Shown here in pieces: positions 61,023 through 64,000 of a DNA stretch of 64,000 nt. Within the stretch, counting starts at the first letter, position 1, and each line of letters opens with the position of its first letter. A program made the position numbers and the translations under genes. The stretch lies in NCBI GenBank assembly GCA_030264375.1, contig JASCQW010000099.1, forward strand, positions 46,051,067 through 46,115,066, read 5' to 3'. Under the pieces are notes generated by a model that saw nothing but the letters and a program-made list of their open reading frames with translations, had not been told where the DNA came from and did not search any database. Source of the stretch: Carcharhinus longimanus (taxonomy: Eukaryota).

Positions 61023-61874
61023 ACCTCATGGTAAATCAAAGTCTGAAGATGAATTTCATAGAGACTCATTCACAAAGAAGATGTTATTATTACAAGGTAT
61101 TTTAAGATGATTTATAATGTGCATCATTGGTAAAAGGATGAGTACAGCACTAATCTGGAATTTTTCATTTTCTCATAAAATGTAAGGCAAAAAACCTCTG
61201 AGATCAATGCCACTGACTGTTGTTCACAGCTGACAGCTTAAGCAAATTAAAGGTGTGTGGTGTACTGGCATTTTGGACTGTGTGTTGCCTTAAAAGGGAC
61301 AATCACCAAAGGCTGTAACTGTCAAACTCCATGTCAGTGGATCTTGGGGGTACCACAAAAATGTGCTGGGGACCAATAACTGAGAAACCTACTTCCTACC
61401 TGGCTTGATAGTGGCTGGACCTTTAAACTTATGACATCTAGTGCTGTAACTATGGGGGTGTGGCCTCCTTGCATCCGACTCTGAAACCCTCGATAGAAGG
61501 CGTCAGGAGCACATTGCCTTGCACTCAAAAGGTTGGGTGAGAAAAGAGCAAGAAGATTTTCAGGTTAAAAATAAATTGGAGCAAAGGGAGTAATCCGACT
61601 CTGATTCTCACTCTGCACAAATTCAGGATGATGATCTCTGACAAGCTACCTGCTGCATGCAAAGCCCTAGTGGACCCCCAGAAATGTTTGCGTATGAGGG
61701 CCAGTAAACCTGAGCCTTAATCTCTATTTTGTGGTCGATTGGTTGATCCCAATTGATAAAAACGCTATAGATGGTACAATGAACCTCAGTAACCCTCTTG
61801 TGGAGGGAGGAATAACCAGGGAGAATTTTCATTCCTGAAAAGCATTTTGCACTGTATCTACAAATGCCTGCTGT

Positions 61875-62240
61875 AAGAACATAAGCAATATGGACAGTAA
61901 ACCATATTACACCTCCAGCCAGCTCTGTTATTCAAAATGCTGGCTGATTTGCAGCCTCAACTTCGCTTTCCAGTTTGCTTCCCAAATGTCTTGATGCCGT
62001 AAAAGACCAAAGATCTGTTCACCTTAGACTTAAATGTATTCAACGATGGAGCATCCACAACCCCCTGGGATGGCGAACTCCGATGATTCACAGCCCTCCA
62101 CTCCAAGTTCACTATTTTCTTCTCATCTCAATTCTAAACGATTGGGCCTTTATCCTGAGACTGTGCCCTTTGTTTCAGATTCCTCAGCCAGGATAAACAG
62201 CCCCTCAGTGCCTTCCCTGTCAAGTCCCTTCGGAATCTTG
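61875..62240 (-). mobile_element. CR1/HER1 3' fragment
   Basis: Begins with a TAAGAACATAAG tail, followed by typical CR1 3' sequence (GACTTAAATGTATTCAACGA..CTGAGACTGTGCCC). Confidence 0.7.
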
Positions 62241-62444
62241 TCTGTGGAACCATCCTCCAATGAATAAAGGGTCCCTTCAGAAGAGAAGGAAGCAAATTAG
62301 AGGCAGGGGTTGAGGGAAAAATAAAAATCACACGAGGAAAGAAGCATTTCAGAATTCATGCTGTGACATATTCAGAACAAATTTTCCTGTCAGGCAGCAT
62401 GATAACATTTTCAAAGCAGCCATTTCCAGAACTGCTGCCAAAGA

Positions 62445-62940
62445 ACAAAATGAAGAACGAAGAAAAATACAGCGCAGGAACAGGTCCTTTGGCCCTCCAA
62501 GCCTGTGTCAATCATGATGCCTCAAAAAAATGCCTCCTGCTCTTACTCGGTCCATATCTCCCTATCCCTTCCTTATTTATGTACCCATCCTAATGCCTCT
62601 TAAATGTTGCTAATGTGTCTGCTTCTGCCACCTCCTCTGGCAGCGCGTTCCAGGCATTCATTCCATTCCCCTGTCTTGTACCCCTGCCAATTGTTCTATT
62701 CAAGTAATCCTCTAATGGCCACTTGAATGCCTCGATTGAACCTGCCTCCGCCACACTTCAGGCAATGCAATCCAGACCCAAACAACTCCTTGTGCAAAAA
62801 AAATTCTCATATCACATTTATTTAATTTGCAGATCACCTTAGATTCTCTAATTCATGATCCTTTTATGAGGTGAAACAATTTCTCCCTATCTATTCTGAC
62901 CACACCCCTCATGATTTTGAATATGTCTATCAAATTTCTT
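62445..62940 (-). mobile_element. Stacked CR1/HER1 3' fragments
   Basis: An AAAGAAC-type tail, then TACAGCGCAGGAACAGG.CCTTTGGCCC..GGCAGCGCGTTCCAGGCA. A second overlapping piece starts at about 62680. Confidence 0.75.
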
Positions 62941-63317
62941 ACCACTCACGTCTCTCTCACCACTCATGCCCTCCCCCACCTACTTTTCAGCAGGATCCTG
63001 ACCTAGAGGCATTTAGTCATAATTCCACAGATGGTAGCTTTTCTTCATTGGCTCCTCAGCCGTGCCATGTTACTTACTCCCTGGCTCAGGTGTTTCTGTG
63101 CTCTAATGGATGGTTGGGCTCTCAACTAAACTTCACTGTGTATTGTTGGCTGAGAGACTAGAAATCCATTCAAGTACTGGGACAACTGTGTCCCACATTT
63201 AGCATTGCTTGATTAACAACTCTGCCTCGCTTTTCATTTCTGTCAATTACACATTGTTTATTGATACAAGGTAAAGAGTTTTCAAGTGCCTGCAGTTTTA
63301 GTTACTGATCCTTTAAA

Positions 63318-64000
63318 GCATGGGTCACGATCCGGGTGGGTCATGAGATGTTGGAATGTGTCGTCAAAAATGATCCCCACAGATTACCTGACCTTTCTTT
63401 TATGTATTCTCACTACAGTACAGTGTATGACCACATGAGGCAAGGTGAAACAGGTCAGTCCACCCTGCCTCTGTATACTAGGGGCCAAGAGTCCTGTATG
63501 CACATGGCACCAATTTTCTTTCCCTTTCTAGTCAGCTGGTTGTAGGCATGCTTATTTTGCTGAATGAAAGAGAGGATCAGAGACACCAATAAACCTAATG
63601 GTCAGGATCTTGCATCTAAATCAGTTGGAAAGAGCACCAACTCCTCTGCCAAGTCCACGACAGGACAGAGCAGTACTTATGTTAGCTATGAACAGAGCAC
63701 CAAGGCCTCCAGTGAACAGTCTACAAAGAAAAAGCTAAAATTGGGAATAAAGCAGTATAAAAATAATTTTTTAAAGTATGGTTTTGTTAATTGTGCCAAT
63801 GCAAATCAGGACACAAAGTCCACATGGGTTACAGGGGAGGAATACAGGCAAAGGAGAGTTTAAAACTGCAAAAACATCTGAAGACTAAGCATGGCAATCT
63901 CGAGAACAAACCTTTCAATTTCTCTGAAAGGATGCAGCAAGATCATCAGCTGAGGTTCTTAGCAAAAATTTAACATTGGATGACAAAACACAATTAACCT
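63318..64000 (+). mobile_element. hAT (Charlie/ZBED5-SCAND3-like) DNA transposon 5' part with a decayed transposase; runs off the window
   Basis: ORFs 63564-63863 and 63791-63973 join by frameshift to give KQYKNNFLKYGF..[CxxC degenerate]..ESLKLQKHLKTKH..ENKPFNF, the BED-finger N-terminus of Charlie-type transposases. GGGTCA(C/T)GA subterminal motifs lie at about 63322-63347. Confidence 0.8.

Overview
This is vertebrate nuclear DNA from a draft assembly with 12 N-gaps. It is almost certainly from a shark or other elasmobranch, because it carries many HE1-type V-SINEs and HER1/CR1 LINEs. I find no credible host protein-coding gene: the ORF track is explained by chance ORFs, N-runs and decayed transposon frames. 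The window looks like a large intron or gene desert. It contains HE1 SINEs with two different 3' tails, a second tRNA-derived SINE, CR1-type LINE fragments, probable solo LTRs and PIF/Harbinger-like MITEs. It also holds a decayed two-gene Harbinger element, the 5' part of a hAT (Charlie-like) transposase and a 29/32-bp minisatellite. Several Penelope-derived fold-back elements carry hammerhead-ribozyme-like cores, one of them apparently intact. Repeat-poor AT-rich islands lie between the repeats and may be conserved non-coding elements. All family assignments come from motif recognition by eye, not from database searches. Most boundaries are approximate to about 20-50 bp. I cannot support a claim of a wholly new biological system.
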